A stretch of 64,000 nucleotides of DNA from Utricularia gibba (taxonomy: Eukaryota > Plantae > Magnoliophyta). The notes below the pieces were generated by a model. That model was given only the letters and a program-made list of their open reading frames with translations, made no database searches and was not told the DNA's origin. Location: NCBI GenBank assembly GCA_002189035.1, contig CM007989.1, positions 8,308,001-8,372,000 of the forward strand, written 5' to 3'. Shown piece after piece: positions 23,433-37,551 of this stretch. Made by a program: the position numbers and the translations under genes. The stretch's first letter is position 1, and the number at the start of each line of letters is the position of its first letter.

Positions 23433-23544
23433 GCCTACAGTTCAATTGGAAACCCAAAATTGAACTAACTACAATTTATTACAACAAAAGGTCATAACTC
23501 GGACTTCACTAACTGCATCCTGCATGGCTCCTGCACGCTGCACA

Positions 23545-23953
23545 TCAGCTTAACCCGCACACGCCGCCGCATCCCTCCAAGCACTTCTCCATCCTCCCAC
23601 CATCTGCAACGCTCACCGATTCCATGTCAAATCGAAACCATGTGAAAACTCAAGAGTCGGCGCAAAGAGAAGAAGGGTGTTTTTTTGTTTCCTTCACCTG
23701 AGGCAAGTGCAACGCAGTGCTCCAGTAAGCATCCGATCTGGCAGTAGTACTGGTAGTCCTGAGGCGAAGCAGAGATGCAGTTGTTGATGCAAGGGTAAGA
23801 GCAAGCGAATCTGTCTGCGTACGTTTTCTGGCTGCCCAGGAAGCAGGTGTTGTAGCAGCCACCCAGGCATGTATATCCCTGCGCCGCCGATCCGGGAATC
23901 GTGGCAGCGGCGGCGAGGATCATCAGCAACGCTGCCGCTGCTCGCGTGGCCAT
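23545..23953 (-). CDS. Secreted Cys-rich thionin-like (TAP1-like) protein, 2 exons
   Basis: Signal peptide MATRAAAALLMILAAAATIPGSAA, then CxxxCxxxC...CxxxCxxxC...YCQIGCLLEHC. Intron, then DGGRMEKCLEGCGGVCGLS* (TGA 23545-23547). Confidence 0.8.
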
Positions 23954-24556
23954 GCCGTGTTCGATGCTGAGTAATGGGGTTGTTTGTAGTAGTAATATAG
24001 GCGATGAGAGCCAACCACTTTAGGTGATTAATTAAACCTGTGCATTTAATGGGGTTCTTCCGTTACATCTGCCTTCAGAGAAGACCAACGGGGATGCAGC
24101 AGTAGAAGCCTTGAACATTCTACGCATAATCGATGGAGTAGCCTTGGCGAACGTTTATGGGATGGGATGTCGTCTTCACTCATCACTGTTGCCGCCCCAA
24201 GGACAAGGGACACAAGTACTTCTCAAATAAGAGAGAGATGGTTTAATGGGTGCCACTCCAGGTACTGCTGTTCTGACATCTTATGTACGGCTGAGGTTAA
24301 AATCTCTCAGAATTTGATGGGATCATTTCACAGATGTAATTGTGATCATGGAAGTGGAGAATGACAGTTGGGGAATCCGCCCAGCTTCACTTCTGATATC
24401 TTGATGAAGGCTGTGGAGAGTGTATTCTCAGTTCTGGTAGGGGAATGCCAAATGAATTATTATTCCAAGTTCTGAGTGTTTGACTACATCAGCCTGATAC
24501 AGGATGATTCCGTTTAGAGATGAAGAACAAAGACTGTGTTTGATTGAACATTTGTT

Positions 24557-27500
24557 TCACTGAAGATAACAGGAGCCAGGTTCGGAGGGGACTGTCCTCC
24601 CAAGGCCTTCTAATGGTGCTGCTGCGACTCCCCTTTGATTCAGCAGACACCGGAAGTACGATAATCGATCCCGGACCTGCTCCGGATCCTTTGCAACATT
24701 GTCGTAACTCGTCCATAGTCTCTCTAGTCACAGCATTGAAATAAAAAACCAGAAGTTGTCACAGAAGAATCTCAGATTCCATGGAACTGGAGAGAAGGGC
24801 AAAAAATGGTTTTTGTTCAATGGGATTTACCTGCAGCCGCAGCAGCACGGGGCCATATAGTTTGTTCGATGTCCGAACCATCGACGTGCTCACCCCACAT
24901 GCATACCTCTCCCCCAATCACCAGCTTCTGTTCATGGGAGTCTGTGATATTGGTGAGGGGCTCGTTGGAGTAGAAGTCTTGCCAGAAGTTGTCCAGATGA
25001 TCCAAATACCACTTGCCTTGGTTGCTAACCAAGCAACGTAACCCGGCTTTTACGACTCTCGGAGCAACATTGCCACCAATCCTGTGAGTGGAGTATCACA
25101 GTTACCTCAGTTGACAGCAGAGAATAGACATGTTCTGCAACACCTACCAATTATGAACCACGGTCTTCTTGCTCAAGTTACCGCCAAAGTTGTTGAACGT
25201 TTCCTCCCTAAACTCATCAACAGCATTTTGTTCTGTATATTAAGGTTAGGTGATTTAATCCAATCCATCAGAAGTAAATTTCCCTCACCAGTTTATGATT
25301 TCATATCCATGCGACAATGCAATCTGCTGTGCTCTCAGCACAAAATACTCATAGGCCTGGGGACCAGTCAAGCCGTTCTTCTCCAGCCTATAACATTGAA
25401 GTTTTGATGTTTGCTAGAGAGGAAAATATACAGCAGCTTAGAAACTTCAGATGTGCCAATATTTACCACGTCCTAACATGAGGAGATTGCACCCAGCAAC
25501 CTGAAATAGAAAGAAGAATTAGAGGCTTGAATAGAAGGTCAGATATTATGCCACATACGTGAGAACTTACTTGTATCAACTTCATCACCTCCCAGGTGAA
25601 CAAATTTATATTTGAAGATCTTACTAAAATCTAGAGAAACAGAAATGGAAGACTTTCAATAAATAACAGTTTCCAGCCATTGAAACTAGTTGAATGAGAA
25701 GGCATACCTGAAAGAATGCCATTTATTAGTTCAAAGGTAAATTCATTGCTAACATCGAGTGGCTCTTGGCAATTAGCTGAAGGCCACAAGGAAGGATAGC
25801 CAACTCCCCTGTAGTTTAATTTCAAAACACGGGTAAAGCTACAAAGGATGGATTGTAGGCAGAAAAACGCTAAAATTGTGAGAATCAAGTACCAAGATCG
25901 ACCATGCCCAGGAACATCGATTTCGGCCAAGACACTAACTCCTCGGTTTTTGGCATAACTGATACATCAAAGTGACTCATATAACGCAAAAAAAGATGCG
26001 AATTAGATATAGCTGTTATTGCATAAAGACTGAATCACTCACCTTACAATCTCTGCAGCATCAGAAAATGTATACCTTTCAGCCTTGGAGTATGAGCCAT
26101 CCCACAACTTCGGATATGAAGGTATCTCGAGAGGAAAAGACTCTTCATCTACAATGTGCCAGTGAAGTACATTCTGGAAAATGAAAGCACCAACAATGGG
26201 TGATTGGCACAATCTCTGACATCAGTGTACTAGAGTAACTCAAGCCTCCCTTGATACTTCAAACAACTTTATAGATGACGCATTCACGAGAAAGAAACGA
26301 TGCATTTGAAAGTGACAAACAATCCCTCAAGGATGAGTTTTTTTTTTTCATTTACCAATTTGGCATAAACCATTGAGTCAATGACTTTCTTTATTACTGG
26401 AACAGGCTGGTAATGCCTTGATGTATCTGTATCACAACACATAAAAACCATTAATACAAGCATCACGAGGGTTTAGGCCATATGGAAAGAAGGTAAATAG
26501 GAAAAGGGTAGTGGAAAGAAGAAACTTTTCAAGATTTCCAAAGTTAAGTGATTCCTCACCGATCAAGAGCCCACGAAATGGGAATCTTGGTTGATCTATA
26601 ATAGTCCATGGCACCCGATGTACCAGTATACCTCTTGCTATTATATCATAAACGCAGATTTGGCTGAATGTCTATTAATTGTAAGAGAAGTGTTATTTCC
26701 TGGCAATCAAAACAAAAAAAGAACTGACGTTTATCTCTCACGAAAGTAAGATAACCTGAAGTGCATGCAAAGCCCCGTAAACCGTTGGTGCCTGTACCAG
26801 TGTGCACAACAGTCAATAGCAAGGTTCCACCAACTCAACCAAGTTATCTACAGATTGGAAATTCGTTCCCACCTCAATTTTTGCCAAAAGTGGACTCTGC
26901 TTGAAAGGAATGCGTAGCTTATCCAACTCGTTAATCCGCTTTTGCAACTGCCACAAACAGGCGAAGCAACTATCAAGTCATATAAAAAGCCATCTCATTA
27001 TGAACTACCACACTGAAAACTTCGAATTGGGAAGAGGTCTGATTACCTGGGAGGGTATGGATAGCGTGTATGACTCATCAACTCCATACTGCAACTGCAT
27101 ATATAATTTAACAAAATTTTCAGAGCACTATTTTACAAAAACCAATTCGGGTTTCCATTACAGAGCTGTTGGACATTATTGTTCTCACGTATTCATTATA
27201 CATCACTGCCAACTCATAAGGATGCTATTGAAGCATAATCAGAAGTACAACAATGAATACCTCATCGGAAGGTGAACCAATAACAACATGAATTCCTTTC
27301 AGCACCAGGGCGGGGTCAATCTCAGAAGTATTGGCCTCAATTATATGATCTGCTTCGATTATATTAATAGTTCTCAGAAATGCACTCTCAAGTATCCCAG
27401 AATCGTCAACAAATTTGCTTCCCTTGGTTTCCAGCACAAAATTGTTACTGAGATAAAGATCTCCTGACCCATAGCTAACTGAATTTGGCAGCGGCCATAT

Positions 27501-27572
27501 CTTCAAACTGTCTATATCAGCTGCATCAACAGATATGAAAAGAAGACAGATGAACAGCCTCAGGAGCCTCAT
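24557..27572 (-). CDS. HEXO3: Beta-hexosaminidase (GH20), HEXO3-like, many short introns
   Basis: Signal peptide and IWPLP; PWTIIDQPRFPFRGLLID; AEIDVPGH; catalytic VHLGGDEV; GWYLDHLD; VIGGEVCMWGE; TIWPRAAAAAERLW; FRCLLNQRGVAAAP..EPGSCYLQ*. Confidence 0.93.
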
Positions 27573-28025
27573 TTCTAGTTTTTACCCACTACAAGCACGG
27601 CTCTGAATCCGAACTGACATCCATTATTAGGTGGCTACAGATCTGGAAACTTCAGTAAACTTGAACCCAGAAGCCCAAACCAGATATCTAGAAAATGGCG
27701 GAGGTGAGATCTTTCATTACCCAAAAAAAGGTGAAAACGAAACCCATGTGCAGTGGTACTCATAAGACCTCATCCTTGGAAAAGAAACAGGTTTTGCGCA
27801 CTAACCAGTGAAGCATCGTTCAAAACGCCAGCAAATTGTGGCTCACCTAACCCATCATTGATTGCAGCATTGTTAACTGGGTGACACTCGACATTTTTCC
27901 CACATGTGATGCTATGCTATATATAATAATAGCACACAGTTACCGGGCGACGGTACGCCACCAAAGTCTGTACCCGGCGACAAACACCACATCCCAACGT
28001 GTCGAGTCATCGGGACCCCATGTAG

Positions 28026-28159
28026 GCATGAGCGTGAGAGCATCATCATGTTGACATTGTAACGAAGAAGCATCATCATGTTGACATTGTAGCGAAGAAG
28101 CATCTTCAATGGTTAATTAATTGGTTAGTTAATTAAGCATGAGCGTCAGAGCATCTTCA
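28026..28159. repeat. 30-bp tandem repeat (2 copies plus partial) and a dispersed 23-bp duplicate in the HEXO3 upstream region
   Basis: agcatcatcatgttgacattgta(a/g)cgaaga at 28039-28068 and 28069-28098; gcatgagcgt(g/c)agagcatc(a/t)tca at 28026 and 28137. Confidence 0.85.
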
Positions 28160-29100
28160 ACGATGAGAAAAACCGGGGCTCCTGCACGTGGACCCACTAC
28201 CTTCACAATACACGTCGGGCCCCATTCCCGCGAGGTAGCCCAATTGGTTTGATAAAGAAATTATAATAATATATTTAAAATAAATGAATTTCTCTAAATA
28301 TAACTTAAAATTGATTGTCTATAAATTTAAACTTCATTCATATGTTTAAGGAATAAAAAACATAATATATTTTACATTACATATATTTATTTAACATATC
28401 TAAATCTATCTATCGAACATATTACAAATTTAAATATGTAAACTATAACTTATTTTAAATCACATAACTAAAATTTTAAACAAACTACGAAACACACGTA
28501 CTAAGAGTTTTACATGTGTTTTGCAAAATATGCAATTTTTAAAAAACACATTTACTGAACATGTGTTGATAACAAAATATGCATGTTTAACTATTTAAAC
28601 AATCCTACAAAACACTTTTTAAAATAAAAAAATACATAAATGTTTATCTTGACCAGAAAAAAAGGAGCACACAAGCTACACTAAGGAAGATAATGCATGA
28701 GGAAAGCTTACAGCTCTGTGTATACTCTTGAGCATCATATTCAAAGCGTGTCACAGTTGAAGAGATTTGAGAACCAAATGTGAACTTTTACCCGGAAGGA
28801 TCAGCATCAAATTCATCGAGAGAATCGATGGCTAGACACTCAACAATATCATTCATGTGCTAAGACTATGGCTAAATGGCATGAAACTCACAACAGGGAA
28901 GATAGAAGAAACGAGTAGAGGAGACTATTTACAGGATCGCCAAACCGCAACCCTCTGATGAACAAAATGCAGAAGGAAAGCTAGAGCAGCATGTACCTAA
29001 GATACGGTTGAATAAGATCAGCTCCCAAGGCATGCTCAGCTGCTGAGGTCACTTTTGACTTTGGGCTGCACGGGGCAGATGGTTGCCAAAGCAACCAATT

Positions 29101-32100
29101 CTAATCGCTCCCACCTGAATTCTGTGCGGAGTCCCTTATAGCCTCAGCAGCCAACAAAGCAACCACTGCCCTATGGGTGGCTAGATCAGCTTTACGGAAT
29201 AATCTATGAGCCTTGTCTTTCTTGAGCTTAGCGAGGTTTGCAGCATGGATAGCCATGGCTGATGGATCACGTATATGAAACTCGTGAATATCTGGACTGT
29301 TCTGCAGTGGTCCTCCAGTGTAGTAGTTCTTTAGAAGGGATAACTCCCGAGGACCTGCACCTCATAGATAAAATTCATTTCTTAGCTTTGTGTTTTAATT
29401 CGGAAGGTATAAAAAATGGGGGTACCTTTGAATTCCACTGCATCGGTGCTCAACAAAAACTGTGAATCTCGTGTTGAAGCCAAGAGAGGTGAGGCATCAG
29501 AAGAATAATGTATACTGCATACATGCAACGCCTTCTCATCTAAAAAAGCATGCCCGTTACCTGAATTATGAATTTCATACAAGGTAAGCTGGGGTTAGGA
29601 AGGTATGAATTCGAATGCAATAAAAAAACTTTGACATAGAAAAATGACAACCATGAAGACTATCTTGATTTCCAGATGAGGCATAGTTTGCCACAGCAAT
29701 TGGAAGCTTCCTCTGGGAGCGCTGTTTTGGAAATTTATTAGGAACCTCTAAGCCTCGTGGTTTCAAGCAGAAAGCAAACATCGGAGGTTTCTCAGAAGGG
29801 CTACGCCTTTCATTGCTCCCATCAGAAAGGGTTGTATTGGGCCGAGAAACTATTTGGTCCCACTCCTTTAGTTTTTGCTGATACCTCTCCCAGAGAGGAG
29901 GCTGAGTAGAAGTTGAGAAGATGATCAGAACAAGTGTGTAGATATGAAAGAAAGCTAGCACACACTTGAATGAAATGTCATTATTGAATAATTATAAAAG
30001 ATGAAATAAACATTGGAACTGAAGATGTCATAAATGTAATAAAGAAGCGTATCTGAGTTATATAAATAAAAGAATAGCAACTGGTACCTGCAAATGCCTT
30101 ACTAGTGGCATGCCCATCTTCTCCCTCTTCTTTCGCCAGTATTTGTACACGACTTTACCAGCTTCAACCGAACCTAATCCCATAACAAGCTCTTCCACTT
30201 CAGAACTGGTGAATTCCTCACGAAGCTGAGCATATGAAAATTTTTCAAACATGTCCACAGCTTTCTCCAAAAATTCCTCAGATATTCCATCATATTTATG
30301 TCTTACTTCCGAATTACTGGTTGCCTCCAACCACCGTTCATCATCACTATCAAGGTCATATAATACCCTAGATGGATCCATCGCCATTTCAACATCATTC
30401 TGAACCTGCCGAATATACCTTGCAGAATTCCGAGTAAAAGAGGCATCAGTTCTCCGGTCATCACACTCTTTTACTATCCAGACTCCAGGAATTGGAATGC
30501 TCTTTACAGAAGCAGCACGGATATTCCTGTTGAAGCACTCCTCGTGCATCTCTTTGAAAACCATCCAATGATTGCATCCTGTAAACTCTAGCATCCAATC
30601 CTTTCCTCCCTTCCACATCCTAGCATGAGAATAACGGTTTGTAGGCCCTGGCTGCAATATATGCTGCACCTTGTAATAATACCTTGGGACCCCAGAATGT
30701 TTTATAGACAGTCTCCATTCATTGTTATCAGCAAGTTCCAAGACAATGCTCGCCCCAAATTCCCTCCATCCTTTGTCACCTTCAGTCACTAAAATATTAG
30801 CAACACACGTAAGCATATCATACATTTTCTGGTCTTTTCCACTAGCATCAGAAATCCTCTTCAGGGTAGCCCTCCTAATTCTTTTGTATGGTAGAGCCAC
30901 TGAGTTCGATGGTTTTTGCTTTGAGCTGAAATTACCAACGTAGGGCAATGAATACTGAACCTCAGTGCGTGGCTTCTTAGGTCCATCACTGAATGCCCTG
31001 GCCGTAAAATTCGGCATACCATCAGGCCACGTTGGAGGATGATACCCATGAGGAGATGAAAGAAGGGAGCTGGTTCTACCACGTTTCCATGATTTCCTAA
31101 ATCCAGCAGAATTCGAACCATGAACAAAGTTCTCATGGAGACTCCAAGACCCGTCAGATGTCTGTCCAGAAATGGAGACTTCTCCATCAAAAGACACATC
31201 CTCTTTTTCAAAACACGAACTCTCAATCACATGGCCAGAGGAAGACTTCAAATTGAGAACAGAAGGCGTGGATGTGACAGTTACCGCAGCAGCTCTGTGT
31301 ACAGGAAAAGAAGCATCCCAAGCCTCACAATTTTGTGGGTCATCAATTTTTGTGTGTTCTCTTGAATAATCTGATCCAGACAGCCTATCATGACACATTG
31401 AAACATTTTCGGAAGTACCAGCATCTATTTTTTGGCCATTTAGATAACTCGGTAAACCTTTAGAATCAGAAGCTTCATTCAAACAATCTTGAATACCACA
31501 TAAACTGGTACACTCATCAACTGGTTTAAGAACATGAGAATCTGGATTCTGATGAGAGAGGTTGATGCAAGCAAAACTATTTTCTATAAGTAACTGCATA
31601 TGCAGACTTTGAAAAAAGGAAAGTGTGGCAGAAAAGGGAAGAGCAAACTGAGAAGATATTCCAGGCATTGATGCAAATGGAATGGTGGACTGACTCATTC
31701 TTTCATTATCAGCTTCCAGGGAATTAACCATTGGCAGAATTCCTGGCATTACTTTCCTCCTTGGACCAAAGTACTAGAAAGAAATGGATAGGACACTTGT
31801 CAATTAAATACCAGGAACAGAAAAGGATACTATTTCATGAAACAAGAGTTAATGTAATAAATCCCTTAAGCAACCACCACGCCTCACAAAAAATTGGCAC
31901 TACCTACAGGGGACAGAAACCCTCGCCTTACATAACTCTGAGGATAAGATATTTACTTGAGGCGTGTGTTCAATGCTTGACAAAGCAAAATGCTAAGATG
32001 AAATCTCCACAATGCTTCTAAACATTTCTCAATATTGATCAAAATCTAATTACTAAGCAGTCATGCCCCTCCATTATCTTTTGAGATGGTGTTTTTTTTT

Positions 32101-34976
32101 TTTTTTTTCATTGAAATGAATCATCCTTTAAAGGGGAAAATAGATCATTTATAAAAGGGAAGGCCTGAAAACTGGTGCGAAACAAATGCTTCAGTGAGAA
32201 AAGCCTACCTCATTTGAGGACAATACAACTTTGGCATGAGGTTTGCAATGCAGAGACATTCCATATTCGAGTTCCTTTATATTGTCATGAGTGCAGTCCA
32301 AGACAGATAGATCTTTGACAAAAAAACAGTGCTGCAAGACCTTGGATTCTAGGTAAAGCCACTTTGCTCTTTCTAAACCAGAGAGACTGTAAAATGCGAA
32401 GACATGTTGCCTCTTCAGGTCATAAACACTAAAAAGCCGGAACCTTATCGTCGTGACAGGCAATCCCATATTTCCATCAATGTACTCATTGGTCTGACTG
32501 AAAAAAATCAATATAATGGAGACAAGTGCTATAGCCTGACTCAAGCAACCTTCAAACAAGTGAAGCTTCAAACCATGGTAATTATCAACAAAAAGCATCT
32601 CCAGAATAACAGCAGGGGAAGTGATAACAACCACACCATTTTGAAGCATGAGTGCATGGTGTGCTATCCAAGAAGCTCCCAGCTCACACACAAATTCCAT
32701 CAATCGAATAAAAGGAAGATGTATCTGAAATCTTAAATCATTAGATTTCATCAACACATCATTTAACGTTAATATGCCGCTATCATCAAAACACCACAAT
32801 GGGATGTTTGCATTCATCCAACCAACATGCTTCCCTCCCGTATTAGTCACTAAGCTATCCACACATGCCTTAACATTTTCAAAAACAGAACTACCTTTTA
32901 GCATACTTTCTCGGTATCTCCTTCTGACATAAACCACATTCTTTCCGGTTAGCAAATTTTTATTAGATGAACTATTTTGTGGGAAAAAAAATCTTGATTT
33001 GACCATAATATCAGACATCAAGTTTGCATCATTTGTCTTCAATTTTGGGCCAAGGAAATCAGCATCCAAGTCACAAGCTTCCACGGATGACACTGATGCT
33101 GCCATAGATTGCCGTTCTTGTGAAGCCCTCTGACCATTAAAAGTCTTTGATGATGATTTAGAAAGCTGGGTTGACTTGCCATCCATGATGCAATGGGCTC
33201 TGAATCAGGACAGTTTTCTATTAACAAATTACTCTCTTCCTGCTTGGTTACCTGCTGATCTTGGGAATATGTAACCCCAGCACCTCGTTTTCTAGATTTT
33301 GGTCTGCCAGGAGCATCTCCTGGTAGAAGCAAGATTTTGAATTTCTCCTCAGGAAGATTAACCCATTCCTCATCTCGATCATCATACTTAATGTGATGCA
33401 GCTTAGATTCAGAATGGTACTCATCCACCAAGCCATAATACCAACTCTCATCGAGTGGCCAAAATATTTTTATTCTTTGATTCAAAACCCAGTATGGATC
33501 CAAATTATTAGCAAGAATCTCATAAAAGTGTCTCCGTTTCCTTCTGGCTCCTTTGACTTTACCGTCCCTTCGAGGTCTCAGAGCTCTGTTCTTGTCATCA
33601 GCAGATGCAGACTCCCTATCAATCAACGACTTTGCATGCGAGCTAAATGAATCCCGAGTTGGTGAACCTGTAAAGTGTACTCCCTCAGTCTTCTGAAGTG
33701 CTGAATATCTTCTCCTTGAACAATAGCCAGTACAACTTGGATCAAATCTAGATGACAACATTCTTGCTGCATTTTTTTCAAGGTTCTCCTCATCGTCATC
33801 ATCATCTAGGTAATCATTTAAATGATTATTTGAAACTGAACTACCTGTAGAAGGTTCAGATTTCTTTTTTGATGCGTCACCAGAATCTGTAACAGTAACA
33901 TGCCTTTTCTTCCTACCCCTCCGTTGTGACCTTTTAGATGTTTCATCTCCATCTTTAACAGCTTTAGCACATTTTTGGGGAGATGAAGCTGGTTGAGCAT
34001 CAATTTGTTCTGTAACTTCATGCCCTGCTACGTCCACCTTTGTTTTGGAGTTTGAGTCACTGGACTTCACGTTGGAAATTTTGCCTGCCCCTTTCCTCAG
34101 CCTTGTTTCTGTATACCCTTTTGCTACACCCTTGGCAGAAGATGAACGATCATTGCTCTTTTCCTTTGGATCACTGACATCAAATTTTGACCTTGAATTC
34201 AACTTTGATCTCCTTGACCGCACTGTAACTTTTGGATCTGTTGTACGCTTCAGTTCTAGATGTGAATTCTCTTCTTTCCCACAATGTTCCAGAGAAGCTG
34301 AATGATCACTGGCAGTTCCAACAGCTTCATCAACTTTTCCATTCTTTATATTTGCATTTAAATTTATCACGTTTACAGCCATCTTTGATTCATTCTTGAG
34401 CTTAGCTGTTAAATTGAGATCACAGTCACTTGTAATGGTTTTTGTATTCAACTTGTGGCCACTGGTGGCAGATGGGGTACCTGACTTGATTGAATCGTCA
34501 TCCAGCATGAACTCCTCCTGGGTGTCAAGAACTCCATTGGCGACATCAGAAGGCTCCACATGATTGACAGAATTTGTGACAGCCGAAGGGTCATGAATTT
34601 GATCAAGTTCTAGCTTCTTACGTTCTATTGAACCACGAGGATGCTGAGGAATAATAAATGGGGCTCCATTCTCAGAAAAATCTAATGAGGTACTGCAGAA
34701 ACCTTGATTCTTACCGCTGGACTTTTGCACTAATTTCACACCATTTATCCCCTCCTTCCTAGCTCTTTTAGCATCAGAGTGAAAAAAACTCAAAGGAAAC
34801 TCTTTTCTACTCTTCCTCTTTCTTTTCTTTACATTTTCACGTTCACCTTCATCCGAGCCATTCTTCTTAGCCCCCCTCCCTCTTGAAACTCTTGATTCAT
34901 AGAGACTCTTGAGATCTAAAGAACGGTTTCTCTTAGGAATATCAGCAACCCCACACTTGTTCGAGCTGCCTTCCAT
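29101..34976 (-). CDS. Enhancer of Polycomb-like protein with a Tudor/Agenet domain (At4g32620-like), apparent 1-bp frameshift at ~33169
   Basis: IPKRNRSLDLKSLY; ENLEKNAARMLSSRFDP; RRKRRHFYEI; Tudor QRIKIFWPLDESWYYGLV..HHIKYDDRDEEW; ANILVTEGDKGWRE; MWKGGKDWMLEF; LYDLDSDDERWL; C-terminal AKLKKDKAHRLFRKADLATHRAVVALLAAEAI. Confidence 0.88.
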
Positions 34977-35299
34977 CAGCAACCCCAAACTCAATCACCA
35001 AAACACAACCATACTTGTTCTCATGATCCATTCAGATCTGCCAAACGAGAGGCCACCACGAACCATCCAAACCAAACAAAAAATCCTCCACACCAGAAAA
35101 AATTACGTAAAAAGGCAGCATATTGTCTGACAGAGAGAAACACACGATCTAGAGTAAGTAAGCCACAAAATAACACAAAAAATCCCTGTACTACCAAATC
35201 ACGCATGCAAATAGCAGGGGGCTCAACAAGCATAGAAATCGTACCTGCACAACCAAATACCGTACGCTGCCCATCCAGACTGCAGATCGGGTACACAGA

Positions 35300-35760
35300 G
35301 GCGATTCAATTTCAGTAGATCACGGAGAGGGGATGGCCGAAATTAAGCACCGATTTGAAGCCCTAATTTTGGGTTCACTCTTTTCAATTTTCCTTTTTAC
35401 CCCCAAAAATCTTTTAATAGTAAATTCATTTTATTTTCACTTGCCCCGATTCGATTTCGTCGTGGGTTGGGAAAAGGAGTTATGGATCGAAATGTGCTGC
35501 CACGTGGACACTTCATGCCCGTTCGATCATCCAACCAAGGCCGCAGGTTTGAGGGCTTACGATCCGGTACGTTGATTTGGGCCATGTTAACAAAATTAAT
35601 AGACAGAATTATTTGGTTAATTATTTTAAAATAAAACATGAATAATTTTCTAAATAACGTAATTAACTTTATCCTAATTCTCGGCTTTGGGGGCGCCGCA
35701 AGAGGGAAAAAAAGCTGCTGTGGCGATTCCATATCTTGTTATCTTTCTAATTCTATCGCG
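35300..35760. promoter_or_regulatory. Compact bidirectional promoter between the EPL gene (-) and the At4g32610-like gene (+)
   Basis: Head-to-head genes whose CT-rich UTR leaders are ~400 bp apart. G-box CACGTG at 35501-35506 and site II TGGGCC at 35578-35583. Confidence 0.5.
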
Positions 35761-36038
35761 TTGTCGAAACCTAGATTTGATTTGAGTCTGTATCCCTTTG
35801 TGGACTCCTTTCAGATCCATTTCGATACTGGATTCAATTCGCGCGATTTGGTAACAAGTGTTCTGATCGAGTTTCCGATAACATTAGGTCGCGTAATTGA
35901 ATCGTTTATCAGATCGATTGGTATTTTGATTTGGGTATTGCTGGGGTGGTGAATTAATCGGGCTTTAGGGGTTCAGTCTTGTGCGGGGTTGTCATTTTTT
36001 TTTCAATTGCAAATTTGTGTTAAGGAGTGGATTGGAAA

Positions 36039-37551
36039 ATGGTGGGAAGAGGCAGTAGGAGGGATGAAGGATCGTTCACGGTTAGCAACTCCAACGTTTT
36101 TGCAGCTCTGGAGAGTTTGAAGAAAAAGAAGAAGTCTGATAAGGAGAAGGGAGCTTCCAAGGGGAGCAAGGCGTCTTCCAGAGGTGATGCTTCTGTGAAT
36201 TCGGAGGAGGTTGAGGAGCAAAAGCAGGTGTACTGGGCTCCAGCGCCGTTGACTGTGAAGTCATGGGCCGATGTGGATGATGAAGATGATGACGATTACT
36301 ATGCTACCACGGCTCCTCCTAATGCGATATGGGGTGCATCTGGTTCTGATAAAGCCGACGAGTTGCATAAACCCGACATTATCGAGGTATGGCGATGAGA
36401 AAACTTTTACTTTTATATCAATTTGTGACTTCTTGGGTATTCTTTAGTCCAATGCTGAGTGGCTTGCGGCGCATTGATCTCTTACTGCTTTGAGATGCCA
36501 TTTATTCCCCTAAAAGAGGACGTTTTTCATCGTCTTGCTCATAAGGCTGATAAAGATGCCAACTTTATGCCTTTTTCCATTATCTACGAGTTACTAAATT
36601 TTTTCGCTTCTAGCCTGTTGTGTAAATGCTAGTGCCTGCTGGTCCATCTTGACTTTCAAAAACCATAAGATTTTTTGTCGTTTGCGGAATTTTGGTGCTC
36701 TTTCACCTTGGAATTGTGGAGTATGCCTAGTTCTTGAATCCGAACTTTCAATAGCAGTACATTATGCATTGGGAAAGATTGTTTACTGTAGTTCTGGTTG
36801 TGGTTACCACTTGAATAGGAAAGTGAAAGTGAAGATGAGCTTCCTGATGAGGATGATGAAGAGGAGGAGGAGCATGGAGATCAGGAACTAAATGTCCAAC
36901 AGCAGGCTGAGCCTTTGGTCAAAGAGCCTCTTGAACTTCCTCCTGCACGCAAGGAAGCTGAAAGACAGCTTTCCAAGAAGGAGAGGAAGAAGAAGGAGCT
37001 TGCCGAACTGGAAGCTATACTAGCTGATTTTGGAGTCAACCCACAAGAGAAAGCTAAAGATGAACAATCTGGTAGTCATTTCAGTTCATGTGGCATATGT
37101 TGAAACAAACCCCATCTCTTGAATTGGTATTTACCTGGATATAAAACATTGGAATTACCTGATATAGATTCTTTATGTTGTAGAGAGCCTGAAGTATACG
37201 AAGGAGAAGCAACTAAATGGAGATGAAGAGAACAATCATACTGTTCCCAAGGCTGGAAAAAAGAAGAAAAATAAGGACAAGGCTTCCAAAGATGTGAAGG
37301 AGCTTCAAAGTGACCCCAATACTTCAACTGCTCCTAGTGAACACGAGGGAGGTGATCAAGCAGCAGGAGATGACAACGTTGGCGTGAAAGATCGGCTGAA
37401 GAAGGTTGCCCTCGTCAAGAAAAAGAAATCCAACAAAGAAATAGATGGTGCGGCAAGAGCTGTTGCTCTGGAGGCTGCAGCAAGAAGCGCCAAGCTTGCT
37501 GCTGCTAAAAAGAAAGAGAAGAATCATTACAACCAACAGCCAACACGGTAA
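36039..37551 (+). CDS. Conserved uncharacterised acidic/Lys-rich protein (At4g32610-like), 3 coding exons
   Basis: NSNVFAALESLKKKKK; WAPAPLTVKSWADVDDEDDDDYYATTAPP; ERQLSKKERKKKELAELEAILADFG; AAKKKEKNHYNQQPTR*. Introns join in frame. Confidence 0.85.

Noticed and set aside
24402-24476. TGATGA...CTGA spaced like a C/D snoRNA downstream of HEXO3
   Set aside because: No terminal stem and no convincing complementarity to plant rRNA. Such motif pairs arise by chance.
28260-28640. Very AT-rich block as a possible MITE or Helitron
   Set aside because: No terminal inverted repeats, target-site duplication or CTRR/hairpin end could be identified by eye.
31820-31832. Perfect U12-type donor GTATCCTTTT on the minus strand in the EPL gene
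   Set aside because: It lies inside a normal phase-0 GT-AG intron (SSNE|YFGPRRK), ~50 nt from the acceptor and not at an exon boundary.
33150-33190. Programmed -1 ribosomal frameshift in the EPL gene (and in RTF2/OFP)
   Set aside because: No X XXY YYZ slippery site or obvious stimulatory structure. A homopolymer consensus error is the simpler explanation.
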